From an uncultured Verrucomicrobiota bacterium (lineage in GTDB: Bacteria > Verrucomicrobiota > Kiritimatiellia > Kiritimatiellales > Pontiellaceae): a stretch of 64,000 bases of DNA. Below the pieces are notes generated by a model. That model saw only the letters and a program-made list of their open reading frames with translations. It ran no database searches and was not told the DNA's origin. Location: the NCBI GenBank assembly GCA_964486885.1, contig CAZAPF010000009.1:43308-107307 (forward strand), in the 5' to 3' direction. Below, one piece after another: positions 46,473 through 56,285 of the stretch; positions within the stretch are counted from its first letter, which is position 1; every line of letters begins with the position of its first letter. A program made the position numbers and the translations under genes.

Positions 46473-47351
46473 CTACGACAAAATCCGCGCCAGTTCCGCC
46501 CACCGCTCTATCTCGATTTTTTCCGGACGTTCGGTGTGGTCGATTTCAGCTTCAAGCAGCTTATCATCGACTGCTGCAATACCCATGCGTTTCAGAATGG
46601 TTCCAATCTGTTTGCGGCGCTGTGAAAAACAGTGCTTCACCAGTTTCTTAAACGCCGGATATTGGTCATTACTGATAACCGGAATATCACGTCGCTCCAT
46701 TTTCACCACAGCAGACCAAACTTTCGGGGGAGGAAGAAAGCAGGTAGGACTGATCTTTTTAACCAGTGTATTTATATAGAATACACCGGTCAGAATACTC
46801 AGCACACCATAATGCTTATCCCCTGCAGGAGAGCACAAGCGGTCGGCCACTTCCTTCTGAATCGTGAGCGACATTAACTCAGGACGGCGTTCGCACTCGG
46901 CAATATCCACCATCAGCCGGCTGGCTACTGAATACGGGAGATTGGCGGCCACCTTGGTGATTCCTGCGATAAAAAGCTCATTCATATCCACATCCAGCGC
47001 ATCCGATTCAATGAGTGAAAACGTAGCACGGGCATCCTGCCCGTGATCCATGGGCAGGATGCCCATGTTACTTTCAAAACGCGACTTGAGGTATTTCACC
47101 ATCGTCGGATCTTTTTCAATGCAGGTAATCAATTTTGCCTTTGGAATAATCCGTTCCGTCAGGGCTCCGAGACCCGGGCCGATTTCCAGCACAGACTCAT
47201 CCGCATGGATGTCGGCTGTATTGGCAATGATATCAAGAATGTTGGCGTCGATCAGATAGTTTTGGCCCAGCCCTTTATTCGGTCGGTGCCCCAAGCTTTC
47301 CAACAGGGCACGCACTTCCTTCGGGCTCGTTAATCTCGGTTCTTCAGACAT
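46473..47351 (-). CDS. rsmA: 16S rRNA (adenine1518/1519-N6)-dimethyltransferase
   Basis: 292 aa with GQNYLID, EIGPGLGALT and NLPY. It lies downstream of pdxA as in E. coli. It contains a 15-aa insert encoded by the palindromic element. Confidence 0.93.
   Translation of the reverse strand: MSEEPRLTSPKEVRALLESLGHRPNKGLGQNYLIDANILDIIANTADIHADESVLEIGPGLGALTERIIPKAKLITCIEKDPTMVKYLKSRFESNMGILPMDHGQDARATFSLIESDALDVDMNELFIAGITKVAANLPYSVASRLMVDIAECERRPELMSLTIQKEVADRLCSPAGDKHYGVLSILTGVFYINTLVKKISPTCFLPPPKVWSAVVKMERRDIPVISNDQYPAFKKLVKHCFSQRRKQIGTILKRMGIAAVDDKLLEAEIDHTERPEKIEIERWAELARILS
47023..47067 (-). repeat. 45-nt double-hairpin palindromic element inside rsmA, in frame
   Basis: The gene-sense strand reads CATGGGCATCCTGCCCATG-GAT-CACGGGCAGGATGCCCGTG-CTAC, translated MGILPMDHGQDARAT. 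Confidence 0.85.
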
Positions 47352-47367
47352 ATCTATCCTTATCTAT

Positions 47368-47421
47368 AGGCAGAAAAATAAACGGCAGAAACATGATCAG
47401 AACAAATGTATTTTTCTGCCT
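47368..47421. repeat. Perfect 13-bp inverted repeat (AGGCAGAAAAATA / TATTTTTCTGCCT) with extra GGCAGAAA units, in the pdxA-rsmA intercistronic gap
   Basis: The arms are at 47368-47380 and 47409-47421. GGCAGAAAC recurs in the loop and TTTTTGCC after the right arm. Confidence 0.7.
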
Positions 47422-47438
47422 TAAATATTTTTGCCTGT

Positions 47439-48389
47439 TTACTTCCAGGGGTTGGGTTTTCCGGCCATATCGATAGCTAGTTTGATTGCGTATTTCATGC
47501 TTTGCGGGGATGCCTGATTCTTTCCGGCAATGCCGAAGGCCGTTCCATGGTCCGGTGACGTGCGGATAATCGGCAGGCCGAGCGTGACATTAACGCCTTC
47601 ATCAAACCCAATCATTTTTAACGGCCCGAGCCCCTGATCATGATACATCGCCACAACCGCTTCGTAATCGCCTCTCAGCGCCTCATAAAAAATCGTATCG
47701 GCAGGCACCGCATCGGATACCTTATATCCCTTTTTCCGTGCCGCCCGAATAGCCGGATTAATCAGGTCGATTTCCTCGCGCCCAATAATGCCGCCGTCGC
47801 CTGCGTGCGGATTCAATCCACATACGCCGATCTTTCCGTTTTTCATCCCGAACAGCTTAAGCGCTTCACCGGTTAACTGAATATGATCAACTATGGTTTG
47901 TTTGTTTAATGCTTTCGGTACTTTGGAAATCGGAAGATGGCGAGTTACGAGCATCACGCGCAGACCTCCGCCCATCAGCATCATGCCGAAGTTCTTTGTA
48001 TTGGTGAGCTCTGCCAGATATTCCGTATGCCCGGGCACGTTGATACCGGCCTTATGAAAACCTTCTTTGCAGATCGGTGCGGTCACCATGGCATCCAGCT
48101 CGCCGGAGAGACAGCCTTTAACCGCCGTTCGGATTGCCTCGGCGGCCAACCGCGAAGCATCCACGCGGATTTTTCCAGGATTCCACTTCACGGCAGTTTC
48201 CAACGCCTGAAAACTGATCTTTCGCGATACCGGGAGCTTCATGGTTTTCGCCTGCGCGCGAATCATCTCTTCTGATCCCAGAATCACAAACTCCACATCT
48301 GGCGCCCAGCGTCCTCGGTTGATTGCTTTCAGCGCCACCTCCGGCCCGATGCCGTTAACATCGCCTATCGTGATCCCAATCCGTTTCAT
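47439..48389 (-). CDS. pdxA: 4-hydroxythreonine-4-phosphate dehydrogenase
   Basis: 316 aa with GDVNGIGPEV, GHTEYLA, NPHAGDGG and SPDHGTAF. Confidence 0.94.
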   Translation of the reverse strand: MKRIGITIGDVNGIGPEVALKAINRGRWAPDVEFVILGSEEMIRAQAKTMKLPVSRKISFQALETAVKWNPGKIRVDASRLAAEAIRTAVKGCLSGELDAMVTAPICKEGFHKAGINVPGHTEYLAELTNTKNFGMMLMGGGLRVMLVTRHLPISKVPKALNKQTIVDHIQLTGEALKLFGMKNGKIGVCGLNPHAGDGGIIGREEIDLINPAIRAARKKGYKVSDAVPADTIFYEALRGDYEAVVAMYHDQGLGPLKMIGFDEGVNVTLGLPIIRTSPDHGTAFGIAGKNQASPQSMKYAIKLAIDMAGKPNPWK

Positions 48390-48395
48390 ATCTCA

Positions 48396-49592
48396 TCAAT
48401 CATTTTGGCATTCGTTTTCTGCATGCTGCTGCAGGGTCTTAAAGATCTGGCTTCCGACGGGCGGACACCCGGGAACAAATACCCCGCCTTCTCGTTGTTT
48501 GACCGTACACTGGCCGATACAGAGCGTCCCTTCGGGCAGTTCTTCATGCCCCTTGCCAATTGCCACCTTCAGAACTTCGCCTTTTGGAATATAGTCTGCA
48601 AGCGAATCGCCAAAGCGCTGAAGGAACAGCAGCAGGGTTGACTGGCAGGCACTGCAGGAATTTTTATCGAGCACTTCAATATCAGGAAATTCGAACGAAA
48701 GGTTTTCCGGTGCCGCCTTGAACTCGGACGCATAATCCAGCCAGTGATCCGGAAACACCCGAATCTGTTCGAGATCGATGGTGCCGCATCCGTTTGCCGC
48801 TCCAATCCGCAGATGCGGAATATCGGAAGCATCACGTCCCATCAGCCGGCATGCAACGGCATCCGCCGCAAATGGATCCGCTCCGGCCAAAACCACATTC
48901 AGCTCTTTCGGCGTTCCGGCACCCGGTCCGAGTCCCTCCAGGCCAATCGAACCGTCAATAATGGAAAAATGCGGAGTCAGTACGGTTGCCATATCGCCTA
49001 TAGCAATATCCAGCGATTTATCCGTTGCTTCCTCCAACTGCGGCAGCATATGCAGATCAACCTTGCTGCGCCGCCAGAGGCAGCCCTTCATATTCTTAAT
49101 CGCCAGGGTTACCCCGGTGTGCATATGGATCTTCATGACCGGAATAGAAACCACGAAGTCAAAATCGGAAACGTCCGCACAAACTTTCAGGGAGTCAATC
49201 ACCCTTCCCTCCGGAATTGAAGTGATCACCGGCGTCCGCTCATCCATATCAATCAGCCGACAGTTTTTCTCCTTCGCTACAGCCGTCATGCCCGACCGTT
49301 CAAAGGCCTCCATGGTTTTGACACCTGTGATCGGGCTTTCACCGATGGCTACGGCCGCGCCGGCATCTCGGAATGCATCAATGGCCGCTGCCACCACCTG
49401 CGGGTTGGTATTCACCCCCGAACCGATTTCCGCCATCCGCCCTACATTGGGCTTCAGCAGAACGGTCTTTCCCTGCACCGGTGATAAATCCACAGCTTCC
49501 AACACGGCAATGGTATTGGCATAGGCATCGGGACCATGGGCAACATGGACTTCCGGAGACTGCGGATTCGGATTGAGCGGGTTGTCGATCAT
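48396..49592 (-). CDS. DUF362 domain protein (putative Fe-S binding)
   Basis: KPNVGR, VMKIHMHTGVTLAIKNMKG and a Cys-rich C-terminus. The ATG at 49592 is preferred over the track's TTG at 49640, which overlaps the glnN terminator. Confidence 0.75.
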   Translation of the reverse strand: MIDNPLNPNPQSPEVHVAHGPDAYANTIAVLEAVDLSPVQGKTVLLKPNVGRMAEIGSGVNTNPQVVAAAIDAFRDAGAAVAIGESPITGVKTMEAFERSGMTAVAKEKNCRLIDMDERTPVITSIPEGRVIDSLKVCADVSDFDFVVSIPVMKIHMHTGVTLAIKNMKGCLWRRSKVDLHMLPQLEEATDKSLDIAIGDMATVLTPHFSIIDGSIGLEGLGPGAGTPKELNVVLAGADPFAADAVACRLMGRDASDIPHLRIGAANGCGTIDLEQIRVFPDHWLDYASEFKAAPENLSFEFPDIEVLDKNSCSACQSTLLLFLQRFGDSLADYIPKGEVLKVAIGKGHEELPEGTLCIGQCTVKQREGGVFVPGCPPVGSQIFKTLQQHAENECQND

Positions 49593-49642
49593 CGTTTTAT
49601 CGCAAAAGAAAAAGGTATCCCGCTTTGCTTTGCCGAACAAAC

Positions 49643-49675
49643 AAAAAGGCCCCGCTTAAAGCGAGGCCTTTCGAT
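49643..49675 (-). terminator. Rho-independent terminator after glnN
   Basis: The minus strand reads AGGCCTCGC-TTTAA-GCGGGGCCT followed by TTTTT. Confidence 0.8.
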
Positions 49676-49691
49676 GAGCTGTCCGGGTCGG

Positions 49692-51725
49692 TTAGACCTG
49701 AAGCAGTTCGGCATAGCTCGGCAGCGGCCAGAGCTCAGCAGGAACGAGCGTTTCCAGAGCGTCAATAGACTCACGAAGTTCGTCCATGGCAACAATCTGA
49801 TCAGCCGGCTTTTCAGCGGCTTCCAGCTTCGAAATACCCGCAACAGCGGATTCGAGCAGGCTGGACATTTCATTCGTGAGACCAGCAACCGCAGGAACGG
49901 AAGCATATTCATTGATGGCCATAACCGTAGCCGGAACCAGCATGGTTTTAGCAATCTCAGCCGCAGTGTCCGCTTCGATACCGATGAGGGTTTCATAGGT
50001 TTCTTCGTAGATATTGAAGCGCGACTCAAGCTCTTCGTTCGTCAGCACGTTATACTTCGCGAAGAGATCCTTGGCTTTCTGCGTCTGGAGCATCGGCAAC
50101 GCATCTTCAGTCGTAACCAGATTCGGCATGCCGCGCTTGGCTGCATCTTCCAGCCATTCGTCGGTGTAGCCATCGCCATTGAAGAGGATGCGCTTGTGCT
50201 CAGTGATAACACCAGCCAGTACGCTCTGAAGAACTTCATTGAAGTCACCGCCCTTTTCGAGACCGGCTTCAACTTCGGTACAGATATAATCGAATGCTTC
50301 AGCAACGATGGTGTTGAGCACAACGTTTGCTCCGGCCGGGCTCTGATTGGAACCAACCGCACGGAACTCGAAACGGTTTCCAACGAACGCGAACGGTGAA
50401 GTACGGTTCCGGTCGGTATTACCGCGCGGAAGCTTCGGCAGCAGGTCAACGCCGAGGTGAATGTGGCCGCCGTCTTTGGATTCTTTCGCGCCACCGGCTT
50501 CTATCTGCTCAACAATGTCGGTGAGCTGGTCGCCGAGGAAGACCGATACAACTGCAGGAGGTGCTTCATTGGCACCCAGACGGTGATCATTACCAGCCGT
50601 TGCAACCGCAGCGCGGAGCAGGTCAGCGTGGGTATCAACCGCTTTCAGCAGCGCCACAACGATGGTCATAAACTTGGCATTTTCGTGCGGGTTGTCGCCC
50701 GGCTTCAGCCAGTTCTTTCCATCCGGTCCCATGATGGACCAGTTGTTGTGTTTACCGGAACCGTTGACAGCAGCAAAAGGCTTTTCGTGCAGCAGGCAGG
50801 CAAATCCATGCTTCTCGGCAGTTACAGTCAGCACTTCCATCATGATCATGTTGTGATCAACGGAAATATTGAGTGTTTCGAAGACCGGAGCAATTTCGAA
50901 CTGGGCCGGACATACTTCGTTATGACGGGTCTTAGCCGGTACGCCATACTGCCAGAGAACGGCATCGAGCTCAGCCATGAATGCCGCAACACGCGGTTTG
51001 ATGGCACCGAAGTAGTGATCGTCCAGCTGCTGGTGCTTGGACGCTTCTTTACCAAACAGGGTACGGCCGGTACGCAGGATGTCGGGACGTTCTGCAACAA
51101 GATCGAGATCGATCAGGAAATATTCCTGCTCTGATCCCAGCGTGGCCTTAGCCATGGTATCGCCACAGTCGATTCCGAAAAGCTTTCCGAGACGAACCGT
51201 CTGCTCGGACAGCACGGTCATGGAACGCAGCAGCGGAGTCTTTTTATCGAGGGCTTCGCCGTTGTATCCACAGAAGATTGTTGGAATACAAAGTGTGGCA
51301 GCGCCAACAGAGTCGTATTTAATGAATGCCGGGCTGGTCGGATCCCAACCGGTATAACCGCGGGCTTCAAATGTCGCGCGCAGACCTCCGGACGGGAAGG
51401 AAGAGGCATCGGGCTCACCCTGGATCAACTCATCGCCTGAGAATCCAGTAACAACGCCACCCTTGAAATCGGGGAAAATAAATGAGTCGTGCTTTTCAGC
51501 AGTGGAGCCGGTAAGCGGCTGGAACCAGTGCGTGTAATGAGTAGCACCCTTTTCCATGGCCCATTCTTTCATCGCTTCAGCAACTTCATCCGCGATGCTG
51601 GCATCCAGCATAGTTCCTGCGTCGATAGTTTTTTTCAATGAGGCGAAAGTCGGAGCCGACAGGCGGGCTTCCATGACCGGAAGGCCAAATACGAGTTCGC
51701 CGAACCCTTCAATGTTGTTCTTCAT
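49692..51725 (-). CDS. glnN: Glutamine synthetase type III
   Basis: 677 aa. Its length and the N-terminal block (...[21 protein letters not shown]...) are typical of GS III. Confidence 0.88.
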   Translation of the reverse strand: MKNNIEGFGELVFGLPVMEARLSAPTFASLKKTIDAGTMLDASIADEVAEAMKEWAMEKGATHYTHWFQPLTGSTAEKHDSFIFPDFKGGVVTGFSGDELIQGEPDASSFPSGGLRATFEARGYTGWDPTSPAFIKYDSVGAATLCIPTIFCGYNGEALDKKTPLLRSMTVLSEQTVRLGKLFGIDCGDTMAKATLGSEQEYFLIDLDLVAERPDILRTGRTLFGKEASKHQQLDDHYFGAIKPRVAAFMAELDAVLWQYGVPAKTRHNEVCPAQFEIAPVFETLNISVDHNMIMMEVLTVTAEKHGFACLLHEKPFAAVNGSGKHNNWSIMGPDGKNWLKPGDNPHENAKFMTIVVALLKAVDTHADLLRAAVATAGNDHRLGANEAPPAVVSVFLGDQLTDIVEQIEAGGAKESKDGGHIHLGVDLLPKLPRGNTDRNRTSPFAFVGNRFEFRAVGSNQSPAGANVVLNTIVAEAFDYICTEVEAGLEKGGDFNEVLQSVLAGVITEHKRILFNGDGYTDEWLEDAAKRGMPNLVTTEDALPMLQTQKAKDLFAKYNVLTNEELESRFNIYEETYETLIGIEADTAAEIAKTMLVPATVMAINEYASVPAVAGLTNEMSSLLESAVAGISKLEAAEKPADQIVAMDELRESIDALETLVPAELWPLPSYAELLQV

Positions 51726-52032
51726 AATGTTACATCTCCTTAATAATTAATTGCCCCCGAAAACGGCGGCAATACACCCTACTTCCTAAGCCAATCCAGC
51801 TCCCAAGTCATGGGTTATTCCGTATCGGCTGATCAAGAATTACATTTCAAAACTGATCGACCATAGTGCATGTAGTGTACCAAGCGAATAGGACAACCTT
51901 AATTACCTAACAAACAGCATGTTACATAAAATGCGAAACATAATATGCCCGATATATTATTACATATATGTATTCTGTATAAAGTTATCGATACATTTAT
52001 GGCACAGATCAACCATGACGAACCAGCGATGG

Positions 52033-53058
52033 TTATTCCGACTTCAGCTTGGCAACCGCACCTTCGAGCTGCTTCACCTTATCTTTCAGCTTAGGCAGCG
52101 TAATCATGTTCGCGATCATTTTTTTCGCCTGAAGATGATTCATTGCAGGCGATCCAATCACAAAATCTTTTGGTGCAATATCTTTCATGACACCGGCCTG
52201 AGCGCCGACAATTGAGCCGTCACCTACCTCCAGATGGCCGGCCAGCCCGGCCTGTCCGGCCAGTATACAGCGCGATCCAACCGTCGTGCTGCCCGATATA
52301 CCGGACTGACCACACATGACTGTATGCTCTCCAATCACAACATTATGTGCAATCTGAACCAGGTTATCAATTTTCGAGCCTTTGCCGATTTTGGTTTTCC
52401 CAAACCGGGCTCGGTCAATGGATACGTTTGAGCCGATTTCAACATCATCCTCAATTACGACTTTTCCAATTTGCGCAATTTTTGTGCGCGAACCATCGTC
52501 TTGAACCGCATATCCAAATCCATCCGAACCTACGACGGCTCCATTATGGATGATTACACGGTTGCCAATCTCGGTAAATTCACGGGTGGATACCAGGGGA
52601 TAGATCAGACAATCGTCTCCGATAACCGATTTGTACCCGATCACACAGTTCGCTTGAATGACCGTGTTTTTACCAATTACCACGCCCTCTTCGATCGTGC
52701 AATGTGCTCCGATTGAAACCCCATCCGCCAGCTGAGCGGATTCCGCAACAACTGCAGAGGGATGAACCCCGGAAACCGGAGCCGGCACGGGCTCATAAAA
52801 CAACTCCGCCACCTCAGCAAAGGACTGGTCAGAATTTTCCACACGCAGAGTTGCACAGGATACAGAACGATCCCAATCAAGCGGGACAATGACGGCTGCT
52901 GCTGCTGTTTCAGCAACATGCGAAGCATATTTTGGATTGGCCACGAAGCTGATGTCACTTGCAGAAGCCTCTTTCAACCCGGCTACAGCCGTAATCTCAA
53001 GCTCCCCATCTCCTTCGAGAGATGCTCCCAAATGCTCTGCAATTTCGGATAGCTTCAT
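52033..53058 (-). CDS. lpxD: UDP-3-O-acylglucosamine N-acyltransferase
   Basis: 341 aa with an N-terminal LpxD domain plus left-handed beta-helix hexapeptide repeats. It is downstream of skp. Confidence 0.93.
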   Translation of the reverse strand: MKLSEIAEHLGASLEGDGELEITAVAGLKEASASDISFVANPKYASHVAETAAAAVIVPLDWDRSVSCATLRVENSDQSFAEVAELFYEPVPAPVSGVHPSAVVAESAQLADGVSIGAHCTIEEGVVIGKNTVIQANCVIGYKSVIGDDCLIYPLVSTREFTEIGNRVIIHNGAVVGSDGFGYAVQDDGSRTKIAQIGKVVIEDDVEIGSNVSIDRARFGKTKIGKGSKIDNLVQIAHNVVIGEHTVMCGQSGISGSTTVGSRCILAGQAGLAGHLEVGDGSIVGAQAGVMKDIAPKDFVIGSPAMNHLQAKKMIANMITLPKLKDKVKQLEGAVAKLKSE

Positions 53059-53061
53059 CCC

Positions 53062-53688
53062 TTATTCCTCCACCTTATCTGCTTCTACTTTAAATTCTGG
53101 AGAGGCCTCTCTTGTTCCTTCACGGCCTTCATTCATCACGGCAAGTACATCGGCTGTAATATCGACCTGGGGACTGACAAACAAAATGGCATCTGTGCCG
53201 ATACGGCTTTGCGCTGAGCGGTCGATCACAGCGGAGAAACCCTGAGCCTTTGCATAATTAATGACAATGTCGTGAATTTCATCAAACAACTTTTTCGTCA
53301 TGCGCGTATTCTGCTGCTCCATCTGCTGCATCCGGAGCTTTTCAAAATCCGTCATGTCCTGCTCTTTTTTCTGGAGCTCAACCAGCTTTTCCTCGAGTTG
53401 GTTCCGTTTATTTTCACGTACCTCATCACTGAGGGTTTCATCCCGGGAATCGGTACGGAGGACTTCGATTTCCTCCTTCATGACCTTTACTTCTTCCTCA
53501 ATTTCTTCGCGTTCCATTTTGATGTCGTCAGCCTGCTGCCGAATCTGGTCCTGCGCCAGCTGGGTTTTATAGAAGCGCTTGAAGACCTCCTGCAGGTCAA
53601 CAAATGCAATTTCATCGGCCGCACGAACACTTCCCGCAATCAATACAGCAGCCAAAACCAAGGTCTTCAAAATCAATTTCATAGCCAT
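53062..53688 (-). CDS. skp: OmpH/Skp-family periplasmic chaperone
   Basis: It has a signal peptide (MAMKLILKTLVLAAVLIAGSVRA) and a long charged coiled coil, in skp-lpxD order. The ATG at 53688 is preferred over the track start at 53805. Confidence 0.85.
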   Translation of the reverse strand: MAMKLILKTLVLAAVLIAGSVRAADEIAFVDLQEVFKRFYKTQLAQDQIRQQADDIKMEREEIEEEVKVMKEEIEVLRTDSRDETLSDEVRENKRNQLEEKLVELQKKEQDMTDFEKLRMQQMEQQNTRMTKKLFDEIHDIVINYAKAQGFSAVIDRSAQSRIGTDAILFVSPQVDITADVLAVMNEGREGTREASPEFKVEADKVEE

Positions 53689-54419
53689 TATCCTTTCGAT
53701 GAGAAACAGGCGAGGAGAGTACCCAACCCTCAAGAGCCTGACAATCAATTCATTCGGATTTTCAGACGTTAAGATTGAATTCCTCCGCACCAAACAGAAC
53801 CTCAAAACCGGTGCAATTCGGAAAAAACCAATGCCTATTGGCTGGTTGTTTTTGACAGAAGGGAACCTGCTCTCTGGCCGAGAATCCTCCGCCGCATAAT
53901 TAAAAAAGCTCCATAAATCATTTTTTCTTCGTTTTTTTTAACACCGCTTTCATTGAAAAAAATGGTTATTCTCTAATGAAATTGCATAGAACCCCTGCAT
54001 ACCGCCTTGCTGGAGCTATATTTTACTAGCCAACGGTTCGTTTAAGTGGTGTACTTCCTGACGTTCTCAGCGAGGAAGACGTATTGATGCTGAGATATGA
54101 TCTTTTATTTTTTAAAATGGGTACCGTTGTTGGGTTCCCGTTTTACGGCGCGTGGTTTCCCTCCTCTTTTCCACGCGCCGTTTTTTTTGCTTCAGCCATT
54201 TCGCTGGTATTTATAATTCTGAACGTTTCTCCGAACAACGGTCAAAGCTATCAACACCCCCTGAACGGCATGCCACGCATGCCATCTACGGTGCTTGGAG
54301 CCTCCCTCCATGCGCTGTTTTATATCGCATCGATAACGCGTGTGATTCAGGAATTTCCCTTGCATGCCACAGCAGTTGGATTACATATTCAATTTTCTCA
54401 GACAGCACGGGAGTGGCGC

Positions 54420-55115
54420 ATGAAACCGATTCAATATATACTCTATACTTTGACCCTTACCATATGCATCTCATCAGGGGACGTCCGGACCTGGACCAGC
54501 AGCTCGGGTAAAACGCTTGAGGGGAAATTCGTTAAAGAAAAATATAATATCGTCTACATCGAGACGAGCGAAGGATCGGCGAAGAAAATTAAATTATCCG
54601 ACTTATCACAAGCGGACCGGGAATGGATCAAACAGCAAACAAATCCCCCTCCCGCAAAAACAAAGAAAACACTTAACGCCTCGACCGAGCTTGTTGACCT
54701 GTTCGGAAAGGAGCTGAGAAACTCCAGAAAACAAAAGGTCTCGGTTGATTCACTTGCCGGAAAAACGATTGGGATTTACTTTTCCGCGCACTGGTGCCCA
54801 CCCTGCAGAAGCTTCACACCTGTGCTTGTCGATTTTCATAATGAGATGACTAAACAGGGAAAACCCTTTGAAATCGTTTTTGTCAGCTCGGATCGCGGCA
54901 AAAGCGAAATGTACAACTACATGAAAGAGGAGGAAATGCCCTGGCTGGCGGTTGACTACGACCAATTTAAACTCGGCATGATCAAATCCACCTTTGGAGT
55001 CAGCGGCATCCCCAAACTGGTCATCATTGATGACGAAGGAAATATAATCACCGAAAATGGTAGAAACGATGTCTCCCGCTTACGGGAAAAAGCTTTCGAT
55101 GAATGGAGCAACTAG
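54420..55115 (+). CDS. Secreted SHD1-like domain + nucleoredoxin/TlpA-like thioredoxin-fold protein
   Basis: WTSSSGKTLEGKFV...IKLSDLSQADREWI resembles an SLA1-homology (SHD1) repeat. The C-terminal domain has the WCPPC active site. The ATG at 54420 is preceded by GGGAG. The 112 upstream codons in the track ORF look non-coding. Confidence 0.7.
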   Translation: MKPIQYILYTLTLTICISSGDVRTWTSSSGKTLEGKFVKEKYNIVYIETSEGSAKKIKLSDLSQADREWIKQQTNPPPAKTKKTLNASTELVDLFGKELRNSRKQKVSVDSLAGKTIGIYFSAHWCPPCRSFTPVLVDFHNEMTKQGKPFEIVFVSSDRGKSEMYNYMKEEEMPWLAVDYDQFKLGMIKSTFGVSGIPKLVIIDDEGNIITENGRNDVSRLREKAFDEWSN

Positions 55116-56212
55116 ACGTTGAACAGGAATTCAATCACATCGCCATCCTTAACGATGTATTCCTTGCCCTCGGTGCGCAGCAGGCCGGCTTCACGGCACC
55201 CGGCTTCACCACCGTTTGCAATAAAATCGTCATAAGCCATTACCTGGGCACGGATAAAGCCCCGTTCAAAGTCAGTATGAATAACGCCGGCAGCTTTCGG
55301 CGCAGTATCTCCCCGATAAATGGTCCAGGCCCGCGTTTCCTTGGGACCCTGCGTGAGATAGCTGATAAGGCCCAGTGTGTGGTAGCCGGTATGTACAATC
55401 TGATCAAGACCGCTTTCCTTCACTCCATATTCCTTCAGAAACTCATCCCGTTCTTCATCGGACATCCCGTTTAGATCTTCTTCCATTTTTGCACAGATTT
55501 TGACGACGTCGGCACCGCGTTCGGCAGCATAACCCTTCACCGCCTTTACGTAATCATTATCTTCCAGCAGACCATCTTCGTCCACATTGCAGCAATAGAT
55601 AACCTTCTTATCGGTCAGGAACTGCGATTCCTTAAAAATGATCTGAGCCGCATCCGAATCCTTGTCTTCGAACGCATGCGCCATTTTTCCTTCACCCAAG
55701 TGAGCAACCAGCGCTTCAAAAGTCGGCAGCGTTGCCGCTATCGCCTTATCTCCACGCGCGGCTTTCTGAACGCGGCCCAGCCGGTTTTCCATCATCTGGA
55801 AATCGGCAATAATCAGCTCCGCTTCAATAATCTCAATGTCACGGACCGGATCAATTGAACCATCGACATGGACCACATTACCATCATCGAAACAGCGTAC
55901 TACCTGAAGAATGGCATCGGTCTCCCGGATGTTGGTCAGAAACTTATTACCCAGGCCCTCTCCCTGGCTTGCCCCCTTCACCAAACCGGCAATGTCAACA
56001 AAATCGACCGTAGCATGAATGGTTTTCTGGGATCCGGCCATTTCAGCCAGCTTATCCAGACGCGGATCGGGAACCGGAACGACCGCTTTATTCGGCTCAA
56101 TCGTACAAAAAGGATAGTTTGCCGCCTCCGCATTCTGCTCACGCGTTAATGCGTTAAAGATGGTCGATTTTCCGACATTCGGAAGCCCTACAATACCTAC
56201 ACTCAGTCCCAT
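55112..56212 (-). CDS. ychF: Ribosome-binding ATPase YchF
   Basis: [23 protein letters not shown] plus a TGS-like C-terminus, 366 aa from the ATG at 56212. Confidence 0.95.
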   Translation of the reverse strand: MGLSVGIVGLPNVGKSTIFNALTREQNAEAANYPFCTIEPNKAVVPVPDPRLDKLAEMAGSQKTIHATVDFVDIAGLVKGASQGEGLGNKFLTNIRETDAILQVVRCFDDGNVVHVDGSIDPVRDIEIIEAELIIADFQMMENRLGRVQKAARGDKAIAATLPTFEALVAHLGEGKMAHAFEDKDSDAAQIIFKESQFLTDKKVIYCCNVDEDGLLEDNDYVKAVKGYAAERGADVVKICAKMEEDLNGMSDEERDEFLKEYGVKESGLDQIVHTGYHTLGLISYLTQGPKETRAWTIYRGDTAPKAAGVIHTDFERGFIRAQVMAYDDFIANGGEAGCREAGLLRTEGKEYIVKDGDVIEFLFNV

Positions 56213-56285
56213 GGAAGTTCCCCTGATACGTGAAACGTGAGCCGTGACCATTCACGCCTCACGCTTCACTTTTCATACTTTCGAT

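Noticed and set aside
51740-51800. GGAAGTAGGG in the glnN 5' UTR (minus strand), which recalls part of the glutamine riboswitch (glnA RNA) core as I remember it.
   Set aside because: The flanking CGUUC...GAAGGAACG P1 and E-loop elements are absent. A 9-nt match is expected by chance.
54084-54419. The N-terminal 112 codons of the track ORF 54084..55115.
   Set aside because: The composition is odd (hydrophobic, F/P-rich). An internal ATG at 54420 has a GGGAG RBS and yields a normal signal peptide directly followed by the recognisable domains.
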